Assembly: GCF_964194155.1 (NCBI RefSeq)
Contig: NC_135886.1
Span: 31,868,001-31,932,000 of the forward strand
Origin: Cetorhinus maximus
Taxonomy: Eukaryota
DNA length: 64,000 bases
Reading direction: 5' to 3'
Shown: positions 12,631 through 25,624 of the stretch, in pieces
How the letters are laid out: every line of letters begins with the position of its first letter
Numbering within the stretch: the stretch's first letter is position 1
Notes under the pieces: model-generated
Seen by the model: the letters and a program-made list of their open reading frames with translations, nothing else
What the model was told of the DNA's origin: nothing
Database searches by the model: none
Made by a program: the position numbers and the translations under genes

Positions 12631-15600
12631 TTTCATGGTGCTTGTCTGAATTGATGTTCGGCCCATTGTGGGCCCTCAGATGTTGTGTCCACATTTTTAA
12701 ATCATTGTTTTATATAGTTCCATTATAAATTCTTATCTCTACATTTATAATGGAAATGGCCTATGTAGATCTGTCACACTGTAATGAAACCCTCCCAACA
12801 TGTGGCCCTGCAACAGCTCTAGCTGAAGAGACTGTAATTTCAGTGTGACAAGTTTACTTGGCCAGCTTCCATTATAATTTCTGGATCTATGAACTTATCA
12901 GGAAAAAATTCGACATGGAATGCAGACAGTGTTTCTAGATGGCATGCTCCCACTGCATAAAATTGATCCTAGTTTGTCAAACATTCACTCAAAAAGGCCA
13001 TAGGATGGTATGTCCAGTGGATAGAAAATATAAGTTATGTATGCTTTTCTAAGGTTGGTTTTTGTTTTGGGGTCAGGGCCCGGACTTCAGGTTGATTTCC
13101 AGGTCCGGACCCCACATTGTCTCGGTGCCTGAGGCTCAATGCAACGTTTGAGCAGCTGGCCAATCAGTGGTCAGAGTGCACGTTTGCCAACCAATTAATG
13201 ACTGTGGATGGGTTCTTGAGGCTAGTGGGGGAGGGGGCTGTGGGTTAATAAGAGGTCGTCCAGCACAGACAGGTCGGCAGCCCCACTTTCAAAGGTGGGA
13301 GCTGCTAATGTAGGTAAGAGAGAGAGCGAGAGAGAGTGGGTGCTTCAAGGTGCCCTCTGAAGACTTTTTAGTAAAGATAAAATCTATACTGGCTACAGCT
13401 GCCAGACCAGGGGAAACCCCCCATAAGGTGGCCTGAAGCAGCAGCTGTGGTAATTCAACAGGCGTGGACAGTGTACGGGCGTTGGGAGAAGGTTACAAAT
13501 TTTTAGTCTGCCTCATATTGGACGAGATTCGGCCACAGTAGGAGCCCGACTGCCAATAGAAAATTCCAGCTGTCATTTTCCCAGTGCCCTGAATAGTCCC
13601 TTTCTAAGGATCTTAATTGACTATCCACTGTTTGTGGGCTTTGTCAAACTGAAGACATAATGGATGAATATCTCAAGTATTTAAAGAATGTAATGTTGAT
13701 GGAAACAAACAAACCCTTCGAATTTTAATTATTGTTTTCAAAGTGGAAGTTAAAAAAGTCATGATTTTACTTTTAAGTTTACAATCTGCATGGCGTATCC
13801 TTTTATGGTGCGTATGGTGCAAAAGCTACAATTGCAAATTGTAGAATAACACTACTGTTGAAAGTAATTGTTTAAGCCTTTTATTCTCTGTCCTGTGTGT
13901 AAGCAGTGTGGTTTTATAGTAATATACAGAATAAAGATTTTGTACTAGCCTTATTGCTGAGGTTGTGTAAGATAAATATTGCCTCATATTAGTAAAAACA
14001 CTGCAGTGTATTTTAAAATTCCATTGTTTTCTTAGTTTCATAAAGTCATGGCAGTTTGAGTCCACTTGACTTTTGTCCTGCAGGTATTTCTTCAAAGATG
14101 ACTGACTAATCAGTGGAAAGCTACAGGATAGGAACATTCAGTAACTTAACTTGAGAGAGAAGGGATTCAACATTTAACCACAGGCAAATGTGCTAAATTG
14201 TGGATGAAAGGCTTGATTTATGTCCAAAACTATGGCAGGAAAAATGAAACCATAGGGAAAAAGTGCATCCAAGTATACAAAAGCGCAGGATAAATGTGAC
14301 TGAGTACGTTGCCATTAGCACAAAAATGAATCAAGAATCTGAATAAAAACATGTAGAAAGCGTGGCAGATATGAGAAAAAGGCTTGACAGCTAGCAAGAA
14401 ATTGGGGGACAGATATACCAATTTGGTAATTAGCAAAACTTAGTGGCTATGAAGAAAGTGCAGGGGAAGGGGACAAGGTGGATTGTTTTTTCAGAGAGTT
14501 AGTGCACATATGATGGGCTGAATAGTTTCCTTCTATGCTGTAAAATGTTATAATTGTCTAAGAACAGCGGCAGGAATGTGTCAACCTGTAGAAAGAGATT
14601 ACATTAAATTATGAGGAATTCTGAGGGAGAAACCCTGTTTCCAAAACTTAACAATGCATTTAAGCATGACTAAATGAGCTTGGTATTGATATTAATGATA
14701 AACTTTAGTCAGAAATGTGTAATGATGCTCTCAGGCTAGTGTGGCACTGTTGCAAAGGAATAAATTTGATCAATGGGCCAAATTGAAATCCAACAAAGTG
14801 GGGATGATTTAGAACTTCTGGCCAGCAATTGCAACACATGCCAAGAGGTGGCGTGGATGGGGTGAAGGGTTGGAGAGTGTGGGTTGGGTGCTACCTCAGC
14901 CACCCCAATGATTCTTAAAGCCCGACTTTATCGATGCAACTTTTGGAGGGGCCTGTAAATGGGGAAGAAACCCACTCAACCAGAAGAAGTGGAAGGCTGC
15001 TTGAACATGCAAATTGGGATCTTACATTGATTGTAAGAGCACCGTTGCAATTTCAGATACAAATGGAGGAAGTGTGTACTGTGTTCAGTGACCTATCTGG
15101 TGGCTCCTTAAGACCCTAATTAAAAAAAAACTCCAGCCTGCTGCTGGCCCATTTGAGGCCTCTCCACTAGGCCCCAGCCAGCGAGCTGGCTCAGCATGGA
15201 AATCAACTGACTTTCTGTCCTCCTAGAACTGACTGGCTTGTGGGATTCTATTGAGGCCCAGGCTTCACAATGACTTTTGCTGTTACAAACAAACAATTGG
15301 GCTGGCAGAGTGACCAGTTAATCAACTTCACTCCCATTTTGAACACTAATTGAAAGTTGTGACTTGTGTTTATACATTTTGTTTGGATTGATTTCAGAAG
15401 ATGTATAAAACTCGCTTGCAAAGGAGTCTGCTCCTGCATTGTTCAGTGAGCCTTCTTTTGGGATGATGAGTAAAAATCTTTGATGGCATTGATGGAGATA
15501 TCCAGGTCAATCCAACAAGTAACTTTGGGTAATCTCTCATCACTGAAACCACAGAATAATTTTCTCTCTTTGCACCTTGATCTTCTGGTACCAAGGCCAC

Positions 15601-15925
15601 AGGTAACTCACTTAGGATTTTGAACTTGGGATAGCACTGTTAAGGAGTGGTGGCAGTAGCACCAAGTGGTTGTTAATGAATCGACCGGCTATTTCCACCA
15701 CCCATAAATTTATACTATGATGTAAAACAGCTCAGAAAAGCTAGCACCTATACTCTATAATATTGCTCTTTATCAACCAGCTATTTAATTTCCTTTTAAA
15801 AGAATGATGACTCTACTTCAAAAACAATTTATAACAGAGAACGTAATGTTCTAACCAACTTTGTATTCAGGATGGGGCAAAAGTGGATAGATGGAGTTAG
15901 GCTGCAGATCAACAGGTAACTCATT

Positions 15926-16714
15926 GGGCTGCTGGGTGTGTTTCTGGTGGTGGGGGGGTGGCACATAATATAGGGTGGGTTCCCATCTCACCACCTCCAC
16001 CCACCCCCGAGCTCACTCCCATAACACAGGGTGGGCGCAAAATCAGCAGCCTGCCTGCCATATTTAAATAGGTAATCAAGGGTCAATTAGGCTGGCTTTT
16101 TATCAAGGCAATTGACCCTGATAATATACTGCCCACACCATAAAACATTTGGCGTGGGCAGTCAAGTGAGAGTGGGCAACCTGACTTTTTAACTACATTC
16201 ATCAAAGGGCAGGAAAGAAGGGGGTTCGAACTTCGAGGGCTGCCCTTTGCAGATCAGGGGGCTGCCCACTTAAGGTGGAAAGCCCCCCTTTCTTCCTTCC
16301 CGCCCACAGCCTTGAAACAAACTTCCCACCCCCTGCTCGTCTCCCTGGCCTGCCGAAACCCTCCCTGCCCAAGACCCTGAACTTACTGGTTCCGTGGGTG
16401 AAATGGGTGTCATAGGGGAGGTACGGTTCTGTGGATCCCTGGACCTTCTTACTCCTCCTCTTGCAGTTCCAGCAGCGCCCACTAATGCACACTTGGCGCC
16501 GCTGGGTCTGATGGAGCTGCCGGCCAATCCAATAGGCTGGCAACTCCGGAGTACGGCACTTCCTCCCCAGTGAGGGGCAGAAGCCCACTTGGCCCTTGCT
16601 AAGCCCGCCTGCAGCACTGTATGGCTGCGTGGGGGACCGGCGTGGAGCAGGTTGGCTCCATGCTGACTTTGCTTCCGGGGAGGGAGCTGTCCACAACCCC
16701 ATATTATTCAGCCC
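15926..16714. mobile_element. Non-autonomous Harbinger-type DNA element (789 bp) inserted in a CR1 3' UTR fragment
   Basis: Termini GGGCTG...CAGCCC with ATT/ATT TSD. Removing it restores ...gtaactcattgaatggtggaacaagctcaaggg, similar to the CR1 3' UTRs at ~24280 and ~51185. Confidence 0.8.
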
Positions 16715-17188
16715 ATTGAATGGTGGAACAAGCTCAAGGGCTAAGTAGCTGAGTCTTGTTCCTATGATGCTGTGTTCATCAAGATTTTTTTCCAAACTCC
16801 TGTCTAATTATTTTTGTTAACTTAAAATTGAGCCTTCATGTTACTGTGTCTGATTGAAACAATTTATCACTATTTACTTGATCATAGCCCTAATGATCTT
16901 GAAGACTTCTGGCAGGTTACTCCTTAACCTACTTGGCACCAGTGGAAAAAGCCCTGTTTCTCCAGTTTCTCTTCAGAAATATCCTAGCGAATCAACCTGC
17001 ACTCTTTCATCAATTTTATACTCTTCTTATAATGTACACATGACTCTATTTTTGGCCTAATTAAGTTCTTATACAAGTTCAACATCTCCATTTCAAGGTC
17101 TGGATCATTTATTTACATGGTAAATGTAAGACTGGCCCCAGCACCACATCTTACCAGTCTGAGAAACCTCTATTCACTCCAATCCTTT

Positions 17189-17545
17189 CACAGAATCACA
17201 GAGTCACATAGTGCAAAAGAGGCCCTTCGGCCCATCGAGTCTGCACTGACACACCTGACCTACCTACCTAATCCCATTTACCAGCACTTGGCCCATAGCC
17301 TTGAATGTTATGATGTGCCAAGTGCTCATCCAGGTACTTTTTAAAGGATGTGAGGCAACCCGCCTCCACCACCCTCCCAGGCAGCACATTCCAGACCGTC
17401 ACCACCCTCCGGATAAAAAAGTTTTTCCTCACATCCCCCCTAAACCCCCTCCTCCTCACCTTGAACTTGTGTCCCTTTGTGACTGACCCTTCAACTAAGG
17501 GGAACAGCTGCTCCCTATCCACCCTGCCCATGCCCCTCATAATCC
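17189..17545 (-). mobile_element. CR1 LINE 3' end (relatively young)
   Basis: MRGMGRVDREQLFPLVEGSVTKGHKFKV...RVVTVWNVLPGRVVEAG is the CR1 ORF2 C-terminus; octamer tail repeat (attctgtg) on minus strand. Confidence 0.9.
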
Positions 17546-20500
17546 TTTGTTGACCACAATCCCCTTAATTCTACGTCATTTTTTCATAATTTCCTGCATG
17601 GTTACTTACCAAGTATTTTGGAAAATCCATTTAAATCATATCTACAAATCTTCCCTTATCTATCCTTTGTGATACTCTTAAAGAATTCAAGGATTGATTA
17701 AAGACAACTTCCCTTCTACAAATCCATGCTTACTGTTTCTAATTAATTCATGTTTTTCATAGTGCTAAATAATTTCAGCTCATATTAAACATGCTGATAC
17801 TTTACCAAGTAAGACTGACTTTGCTTCTGTTTTAGTTATATTGACATCATAGACTACTTTCTGTATTCCTTCAACATTTATGTGGGTAGCACAAGCTAAC
17901 TGTAGACAAAAAGCATTAAAACACATGCAAAAGTTGCAGTGTAACATATTCCCCCATGGCACCCATTTCATTCAGAAAAGTGAAGGTGTTGGAAGCCAAA
18001 TCTGAAATTGTCTAGACAACTGTGCTGCTCAGCCTGCATTAAAAAAACTCTCCAGAGGGAAACACCTCACAGAGAGGTCTGCACTAATTGTGTATGTGTC
18101 CTAGGGAGTAGCTAGAATGAGAACACACTGATAACTAAGTATGGTCAATAGGGCTGTATCATGTTCCAGTAAAAAGTTAAAGTCCAACTTGTAGAATAAA
18201 TGGAACACTATTAAACCATCAACGAGTGTGACATGAAGACTAATACTAATTGGCTGTAGCATTTAAAAAGAGGGACCCTGACATTCGATGGGGATTCTGC
18301 TGGTCCCATAACTGGCCTACAAGGGCTGATTCTGTCCTCCTTTACATCCAGTGAGGAGTAACATGCACAGGGCATTGAAATTGAAACCTGAAATTGTGCT
18401 GCTCAGCCTGCATTATGGGACGTTGCAGCTATGCAGCCTGTGATTTTTCATCCACCAATGTTACGGTATGTCTGCAATGTGTCCCCTGTGAGAGTCACTT
18501 CCTGATGGGATTAAAAGAAAGCAAGAAAAGCTTACATTTTCTGTTTCGTTCCAGATTTCTTTTTTGAAGAGGAAATCGTATTTTCCTCCCGCTAGTCCAT
18601 TGGCAAGGTTTTTCTTGCTACATAAAAATTGCCAGAATCTCTGCTATTTCTTTCCTGGTTTCTGACAGGATCCTCAAATTAACCAACATGTCTTTGTGAT
18701 TGTTTAATCTTGTCTTTGGGTACCTATTAGTATAATTTTTCTTTTAATCATAACCTTCATGAACAGGTGTAACATCACCACCGATTATTAGAACTGTAAT
18801 CCTAGTCTGTCGTGATACTCCTCAATCAAACAGCCTGCAAACAGGATTACCCTTGAAGAGGGTCTCTGGGGACAGTATTGGAAGAAGGCTACTAGCGCCA
18901 TGGAACTCTACTTCAGGAAGAATCAGGAGAGGTGTGAATTAGGAGCAGGAAATAAATTGAGAGAGCGGTTTACAATTTCTACCAAGAACAATTTCATTCC
19001 AAAACAAAAGTGCATATCAGCCAATTCTTGGAACAAAGAGGATGATTAGCTGATGAAAATCAAGCTCATCTAATTACCGTTAATGTAATTACCACTTGTT
19101 ATTTCTAATTGTAAATGTCTGATTTCAAGGCTTATCATTTATAATCATGCTACTTTACTGCAAACTGTCCACTGGTGCCGCACACAATGGGTTAAAGGAA
19201 TGCTGGTTACATGTCAGCATCTCTTGATCACGATATGACCTACAATGGTTGCATTTTAATTGTGACTCTGGTTAGTCGAACTCGAGTATTGAATTAGCTA
19301 TTATACACTTGACTTTGGAAGCTCACGAATTCTGTTGAAGTATATTTTTGTAAATTTTGTTTCTGTGTGCTTTTGGCAGTCTTGTTTCTCAAGTGGTGTA
19401 AAAAACCTAGAAAAGACATGATTAAGAAAGTTCAACAGAATATGTAGCATATACTCACAACTTAGTTGCCAAAAAATTGAATTGATCCAACAAATAGTGG
19501 GGAGTAAGTACTGGAATGAATAATAAGATGAGTACCACTCCTTTGCATGTGACAATAATGCACAACCCAACACCTAACTGTGGTGGTCAATCTCTACACT
19601 AGCTTGCAGCTCACATTTGATCTTTCATTGGGAGTGTGGCAGGTGGCATGTTAACATTGGCTGTTACTATAACAAGTTGACATTTTCAAAATTTTTTTAA
19701 AAGAATATCAGGACATACTGACATAACAATATTATTCTATAGTATACTATTCCACCATTCCAGGTACTGTTTCATCGAAGTAAGTCTCGCTGAAAGATTT
19801 AACAATCTCTCTGTCGAGAATTTCACCTTTAATGGTCTGCAGTGATACGATTGCAGTGTTATTACTGAGCATTCATAGAATGGATGGCATCAGGCTGCCA
19901 AGCAGCCAATCACATTAAAGGATTTTCACAAACCTGAAAACTGCAAAGAAAACATGAAAATAAAATCACTTAAAAAATTTATATGGATCATATTAAATAT
20001 TGGAACTTTTCCATGGGTTGAGGGTAGCAGATAAATACCCTGGAAAATATTTACTTTATTAGCTTAAAATTCCACTAATTAATTACTTAATAGCACTCAA
20101 AAAAGTTACACCTTGTTTATTCAGGTGTAAATGGGTTTTTATGACGATGTGATTAATAATATTTAATGAACAACAGAAATGGCCCTGAAAGATAATTTAA
20201 ATTTATCAAGAGGTTCCAAACTCCAAAGCGGGGCTAAAAGCTGATTTTGTTTTTGCTCATTTCAGTGATTGCTGGCTGTGTGCGTGTGGAGTGATGAGGA
20301 GGTAGCAGTTGGTGGGCAGCTAGTTTTGGTGTGAGAGAGGTGGGTCACAGCGTAGTCTGTTACAGGACCACGAGAGATGGAGAGTAACTTCAGGATTTCC
20401 ATGCTAATTATCACGTGCCTGGCATCCCAAAGCTGTGGTCAGTTTCAGGGGAGTGATGGCAGTGAACTTTGATAATTTACTGACAACTCGCACCTGTCCC

Positions 20501-20983
20501 ATTCTCACCTGTCCTGTAAAATCCAGTTCTATATTTCTAGCCCTCTAATATAAGCGAAATGTGAAAGTATTAACATAGTGAAGCATCACAATTTTTTGAT
20601 CTTGAGCAGCATATTATTCTGTATGATAACATGTTTAAAGCACATGCGTTACCCCTGTGCAGTGAAGAAATTAAAAAATAAATTCATCGATGCCACCAAA
20701 ATGACTTCATATCAAAAGTACTTAATTGGCTCTAAACACTATGGGGCATTCTGAGGCAGTGAAAGGCACTATAATAATGCAAGTCTTGTAATTTCCATTT
20801 TTTATGCTTTTGACAGTCAAAGTGGTTAACCTAACCTCTAGGCACTCAAGATATATAACGTAATTGAGTTAAAATATTATACATGGAACTATACAAGAAG
20901 TACCACGAAGTAAGTTCATAATTTTATGTAACAATGGAAATCAGTGTCTGTGTTGTTGAAATTATACTTAATAAGATTCTTGA

Positions 20984-21011
20984 CTTTTATTTTTCTCTCT
21001 TTCTTTCTCAG
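20984..21011 (+). other. 3' splice acceptor of the GRM4 ATG-containing exon (exon start ~21012, about 479 nt of 5'UTR)
   Basis: Long polypyrimidine tract cttttatttttctctctttctttctcAG|G preceded by branch-like ttgac. Confidence 0.7.
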
Positions 21012-21490
21012 GAATACAGTGCGTCATGTTAATTTTTTGAATCTGATAATTGATGACAACACCTCCTATTCCTGGCTCTTTTGGATCTATTTCAGTGGCA
21101 AGAAAAGGGCTAATAATCTTTGTTTGGGACAGAAATAGCTAGGTCTTATATCTCAGGAGAATTTCTACTGACTGATGCAAAACAGGAATACAACAAGGAA
21201 CTAAAAGAACTACAATAAACACTGCGAAGACATTTGATAAGTTAAACATTTACAAAAGGAAACCACAAACCTCAGCAATGCATACAGCTTTATAAAATAT
21301 GTGGCAAGAAATAAGTAAACATACTTCAACTACACAGATGTTATTTGACATGCTTTATGGGAGATTGCTGCCTTTTTTGTGCATTCCAAGAGGTTCCCAG
21401 ATAATTGCATAGCCACCACCGAACAACACAGTAACTTCAAGACAGTATTTTTCTGGCAGTATTATGTCAGAAATGATTATTCAGTAGGAA

Positions 21491-22012
21491 ATGGCATGTA
21501 AAAGAAACCTCTATTTTTGGTCTGAACATTTGTCTTTACTTTTGTTTCTGTCTAGTTTTCACTGGCTTGATCCAGTTATTGGAAAGCCTAAGGCAACTTC
21601 ACGTCCCCATGTGAATTCCATAAGAATTGATGGGGACATTGCTCTGGGGGGACTTTTTCCTGTGCATTCTCGGGGTGGATCTGGTGCTAACTGTGGAGAA
21701 CTGAAAAAAGAGAAAGGAATACACAGGTTGGAAGCAATGCTATTTGCCTTAGACAGGATCAACAATGATCAAGAACTTCTTCCCAATATCACATTGGGGG
21801 CTCGGATCCTAGATACCTGTTCCAGAGACACCCATGCCTTGGAGCAATCGCTGACATTTGTGCAAGCTTTGATTGAGAAAGACAGCACTGATGTGAAGTG
21901 CATGAGTGGAGGACCGCCAATCATTACCAAGCCAGAACGAGTGGTGGCAGTTATAGGTGCTTCAGCAAGTTCTGTATCCATAATGGTTGCCAACATATTA
22001 CGTCTCTTTAAG
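21491..22012 (+). CDS. GRM4: Metabotropic glutamate receptor 4, first coding exon (signal peptide plus start of Venus flytrap domain, 174 codons)
   Basis: Translation [10 protein letters not shown]...[29 protein letters not shown]...[26 protein letters not shown]...[25 protein letters not shown]...[35 protein letters not shown] matches group III mGluRs. [16 protein letters not shown] and [12 protein letters not shown] favour GRM4 over GRM6/7/8. Ends at phase-0 donor AAG|GTAAGC (22012/22013), the conserved exon boundary after RLFK. Confidence 0.95.
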
Positions 22013-23939
22013 GTAAGCTTTCCATATTGAAGTAATAAGATTAATTGGATTACTTTAACTTGGAGCTGTGGTTTCTCTTTTTGCATGTGGAGGATCAACT
22101 TTAGATTTATTGCAGAAAATAATCATTTGACATTAAACTATCAGGACTTTTTATTTATGTGTCATTCATATGAATGGTACAAGATTGCATAGTTTTAAAA
22201 TGAGGAATTTCCAAAAATATTCATACCTTAAAATAAACAGCTTCTACTGCCTTTGAGCTATAGTAATTAACATTTTGCTCTAATTATTCATGATGGAGCT
22301 GCCAAACTTGGGTGGAACTAGTGGCATGAGCTGATGTGAGAATAGACAATTTGGCTCTCACATCCATTTGGATGACTGACAACTCCAAAGGTTAACTTGT
22401 GTGCAGGTTTTGTGTTATTGAATCTCAGTAATTAAAGGATATTTGAGGCAGATTCATTGATCCAGTCATTGCACTGAGTCTTTACGTTATGTTGAACTCG
22501 TGTGAAGTTTCGCATTGTCGACAAAATCAGTCCCAACCACCAATTACCAAGTCAAAAACACCAACTGTCTAATGATCAGAAGTGGAACCAACAATATACT
22601 GTCACAAGTGGCATTTGTTTCAAATGGAAGCAGACTGGAGTTGCACAATGTCTTTGCCACTTAGAAGTCTCCAAAAACAAAACTTCAGCTAGTTTTGTGA
22701 GACTATTGAGAGATCATTAATTTGACCTCAGCACTTGTATGTCTTCTCTCTGATGGATGAAATTAGGATGTGACAGACTTTTGGGAAGATCCTATTGTTT
22801 CACATATTGGAGTGTATATTGTACTGTGTTATATTGTATATAATAGTAAAGGAAACAATTTTATTCCAAAATGTCGAAAGTGGGGTTTATCTTTTAAATA
22901 TAGGTGAAATAACCCTTCCTGTCTGTCTGATATTTATTAATATTAGTTTGGTACCGACAATACTAATATAACATATCCTCCCTTCAATGGTAGAAACAAA
23001 GTGTTTCAGTGTCTTTTAATGCAGTACTACCTAGATTCCTGCAAAGAAAGGGGTATGTCAAGCTTTAAGCATTAAATTATATAAAGGGAGCAAAGCTTAA
23101 GGTATAAACCATAGAGACAATTGATTGACTCAGGTCTTTGTCAGAAAGGAAGGAGGGAGGTGTGGTTCCAACAGCTTGTTCCTTAATCCGGGATTAGATA
23201 CAAAACCGGATTTAGCAGGGGATTGCTGCAATTTCTCTGAAAAATTTGATGAAAGTCATCCAAAAGAAAAGATTGGAAACCTGGAGCTGTTGCTGTTCAT
23301 GGCCATTCAGTTCGATGGTGGTCAGCTTAACAAACCAACTTTCATTCATCTAATTTGACTAAAAATACAGTTTAAAAAATACAATTCCACACTTTAACCT
23401 CACAAACTGTCCAAGATAATCTCAATAATAGTAATGCTACAGCTAAAGAAGAATGGTAACGTTTAGTTAATGCCTACATTTGCAGTTATGACAAACTGGT
23501 GTATCTTCTGAGGCACCCGTCATGTCCAATGACAAATTCTGGGTGGAATCGACGGGGGGTCTCGGCAAAATGAAAAGTTTCAGCATCATGTCTTCCTTTT
23601 CAGCAATATTCAAGTTCTCTACTACCAAACAATAGTTTTCATCTTTCTTAATGGAACACAAATTGGCAAATTTTTAGAACTAAAATATTATTTGCATGAT
23701 GAATGAAGATCTGATATTAATTCTGATATGAATTTATTCTAAATATACCAGTTTGTTGCCATAGTGAGTATATAATATAATGTTGGGTCATTTGACTTGA
23801 ATTAACTTAATTTTAAAAAGAATGATTTTAATGTGGGATTTTCAATTCCATTTTGCTGTGGAAATTCACATATTTGGTTAGAAATGACTTCATGTTTTAT
23901 GTTTATCCCATAGACCTGAACTCTAATCGTTAAAGGAAA

Positions 23940-24345
23940 GATTACCCAACTAGGGCTCTATTTTCTGGAATTTAGAAGGTCAAGGGGTAATTTAGTCGAA
24001 GTTTTCAACATATTAAGGGAACAGATGGGACAAATAGACAGACGCTATTTCCAATTTTGGGGAGTCTAGGACTAGGCGGCATAGCCTAAGAATGAGAGCC
24101 AGACGTTTCAGGAGTAAAATTAGGAAACACTTTTACACACAAAGGATGGAGCTCGGCAATTGAATTAGAACCATTCCTAATTTTAACTCTGAGATTGATA
24201 GATTTTTATGAACTAAAGGTAATAAGAAGTATGGGCCAAAGGTGGCGAATATGGAGTTAGTCTGCAGATCAACCGTGGTCTCATTGAGCGGTGGAGCAGG
24301 TTCGAGGAGCTAAAAGGCCTATTCCTGTTCCTATGTTTCTATATT
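23940..24345 (+). mobile_element. CR1 LINE 3' end
   Basis: ggggagtctaggactaggcggcatagcctaagaatgagagccagacgtttcagg (GESRTRRHSL) followed by typical 3' UTR and cctatgtttctat tail. Confidence 0.8.
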
Positions 24346-24379
24346 CTTAAACAAAGCCATTTGCTGCAAAATTCAGTTG

Positions 24380-25620
24380 CACAACAGCTGTATTTTTGGC
24401 TCGCAGGGTGCCATTTCTGTTCAAAATGGCATTTGTAGCATCTGCCCATATCTCTGGCGCTGGAGGTGCTAGGTGCTATTTTGAGGGCGTTAGTGAGCAT
24501 GTACCAGAAGTATGCCAACTAGGAAGATGGTGAAGTCAGTCAGTGTGTAACATTGGTTTTATGCAAATGATGTAATTCTCAACCTCAACACACCAGCTAA
24601 CACTCTCTCTTAACCTCAGAGCTGAACATGCATTCATCAGCAGAAAAGATGCCCCGCCAGTGCTATTTAAAGGATTGATGAACTACTTTTAGGTTAGTTG
24701 CTGATTAATTTCTACTGGCTGTTGTTGAGTTTGTAGACATGTTTAGTGGTAGGTATCGCTACTTAAAGGTGCTAAGACTACAAAGATTGGTGCTGAAGGA
24801 TTTGGCCCTGGCTTCAAGGGTTGTGCTGAGACCACTTGTTCACAGATATGGGTGCACTAGCTTGTTTCCCCTTGACCTGCAGCAGAAGAGGAAGAATGAG
24901 CAGAGACAATGCAGAGGGAGACAAGTTGCTCAAAGTGGAGGATGGAGAGAAGGGCTCTCAGCAAGATGCTATATCTACCGAGGTCTTCAGGGAGCAATTC
25001 TCCCAACTCAACCTCAGCAAGGAACAGTGTGTGCATCACCTCTGGCTTCACCACGGCGCAGCTCACTGAAACCTGCCATTTTTTTGCAGTCACAACTGCA
25101 GTCTCAGAACAGGTGATTGTGGCAATGAATTTTCATGCATTAGGTTCCTCCCAAGCTGGAGCAGGCAAGAATTACACGACAGCAAGATGAGCTTGCATGA
25201 CTTCAAACTTCCACTGGAGCAGCCAGACATTGGGTGGCTTTTGCTTGTGCTGCAGTTGAAGCTGAGATATCGACCATTTACTCTGGGTCTGCAGGTTTGC
25301 TGATAGAGTTGGTTACCACCTCCACACTGGAAAGAATGGACTCCAAACTCTGTGCAAAGCCCTGTAAAGTTGGTGTCAGATTCCTGCACGCTTGTCGACA
25401 GCGATAGCATGGTTCCTGACAGTCCTGCCAATGCACTAGGCATTTCATTATGCACACCATCAGTCTTTTTCTCTAGGCCCCACATCAAAGTCCTCTCCTG
25501 AGGCCTTTGCAGCAGAACTTGTGTACAACATCATCCTCTGGCGAGCTGCATCTGCGCTACCCTTGTCCTCTGCAGGCCACTCATGCCCAATGTCACTCTA
25601 TGTGCCGATCCCATTTCTAA
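24380..25620 (+). mobile_element. Internally deleted, decayed Harbinger element
   Basis: VFREQFSQLNLSKEQCVHHL and VIVAMNFHALGSSQAGAG (transposase N-terminus) joined to Myb-gene 3' sequence on the minus strand; leader gtgctatttaaagga shared with ~7795. Confidence 0.65.
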
Positions 25621-25624
25621 CCTC

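Noticed and set aside
13453-13475. REST/NRSE-like motif
   Set aside because: Left half-site and spacing do not fit the consensus, and it lies within a probable repeat.
13075-13625. GC-richer block resembling non-autonomous DNA elements
   Set aside because: Probably a repeat, but no paired TIR or TSD could be established.
16202-16795. 197-aa minus-strand ORF
   Set aside because: Spans a GC-rich non-autonomous transposon and its flank; no recognisable domain.
18900-19049. Short ORF with strong Kozak context (gcgccATGG), about 49 aa
   Set aside because: No homology or supporting exon structure; compatible with chance.
22013-22030. ORF-track extension VSFPY* of the 179-aa GRM4 ORF as a secreted truncated receptor
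   Set aside because: It is read-through past a canonical GTAAGC donor at the conserved exon boundary.
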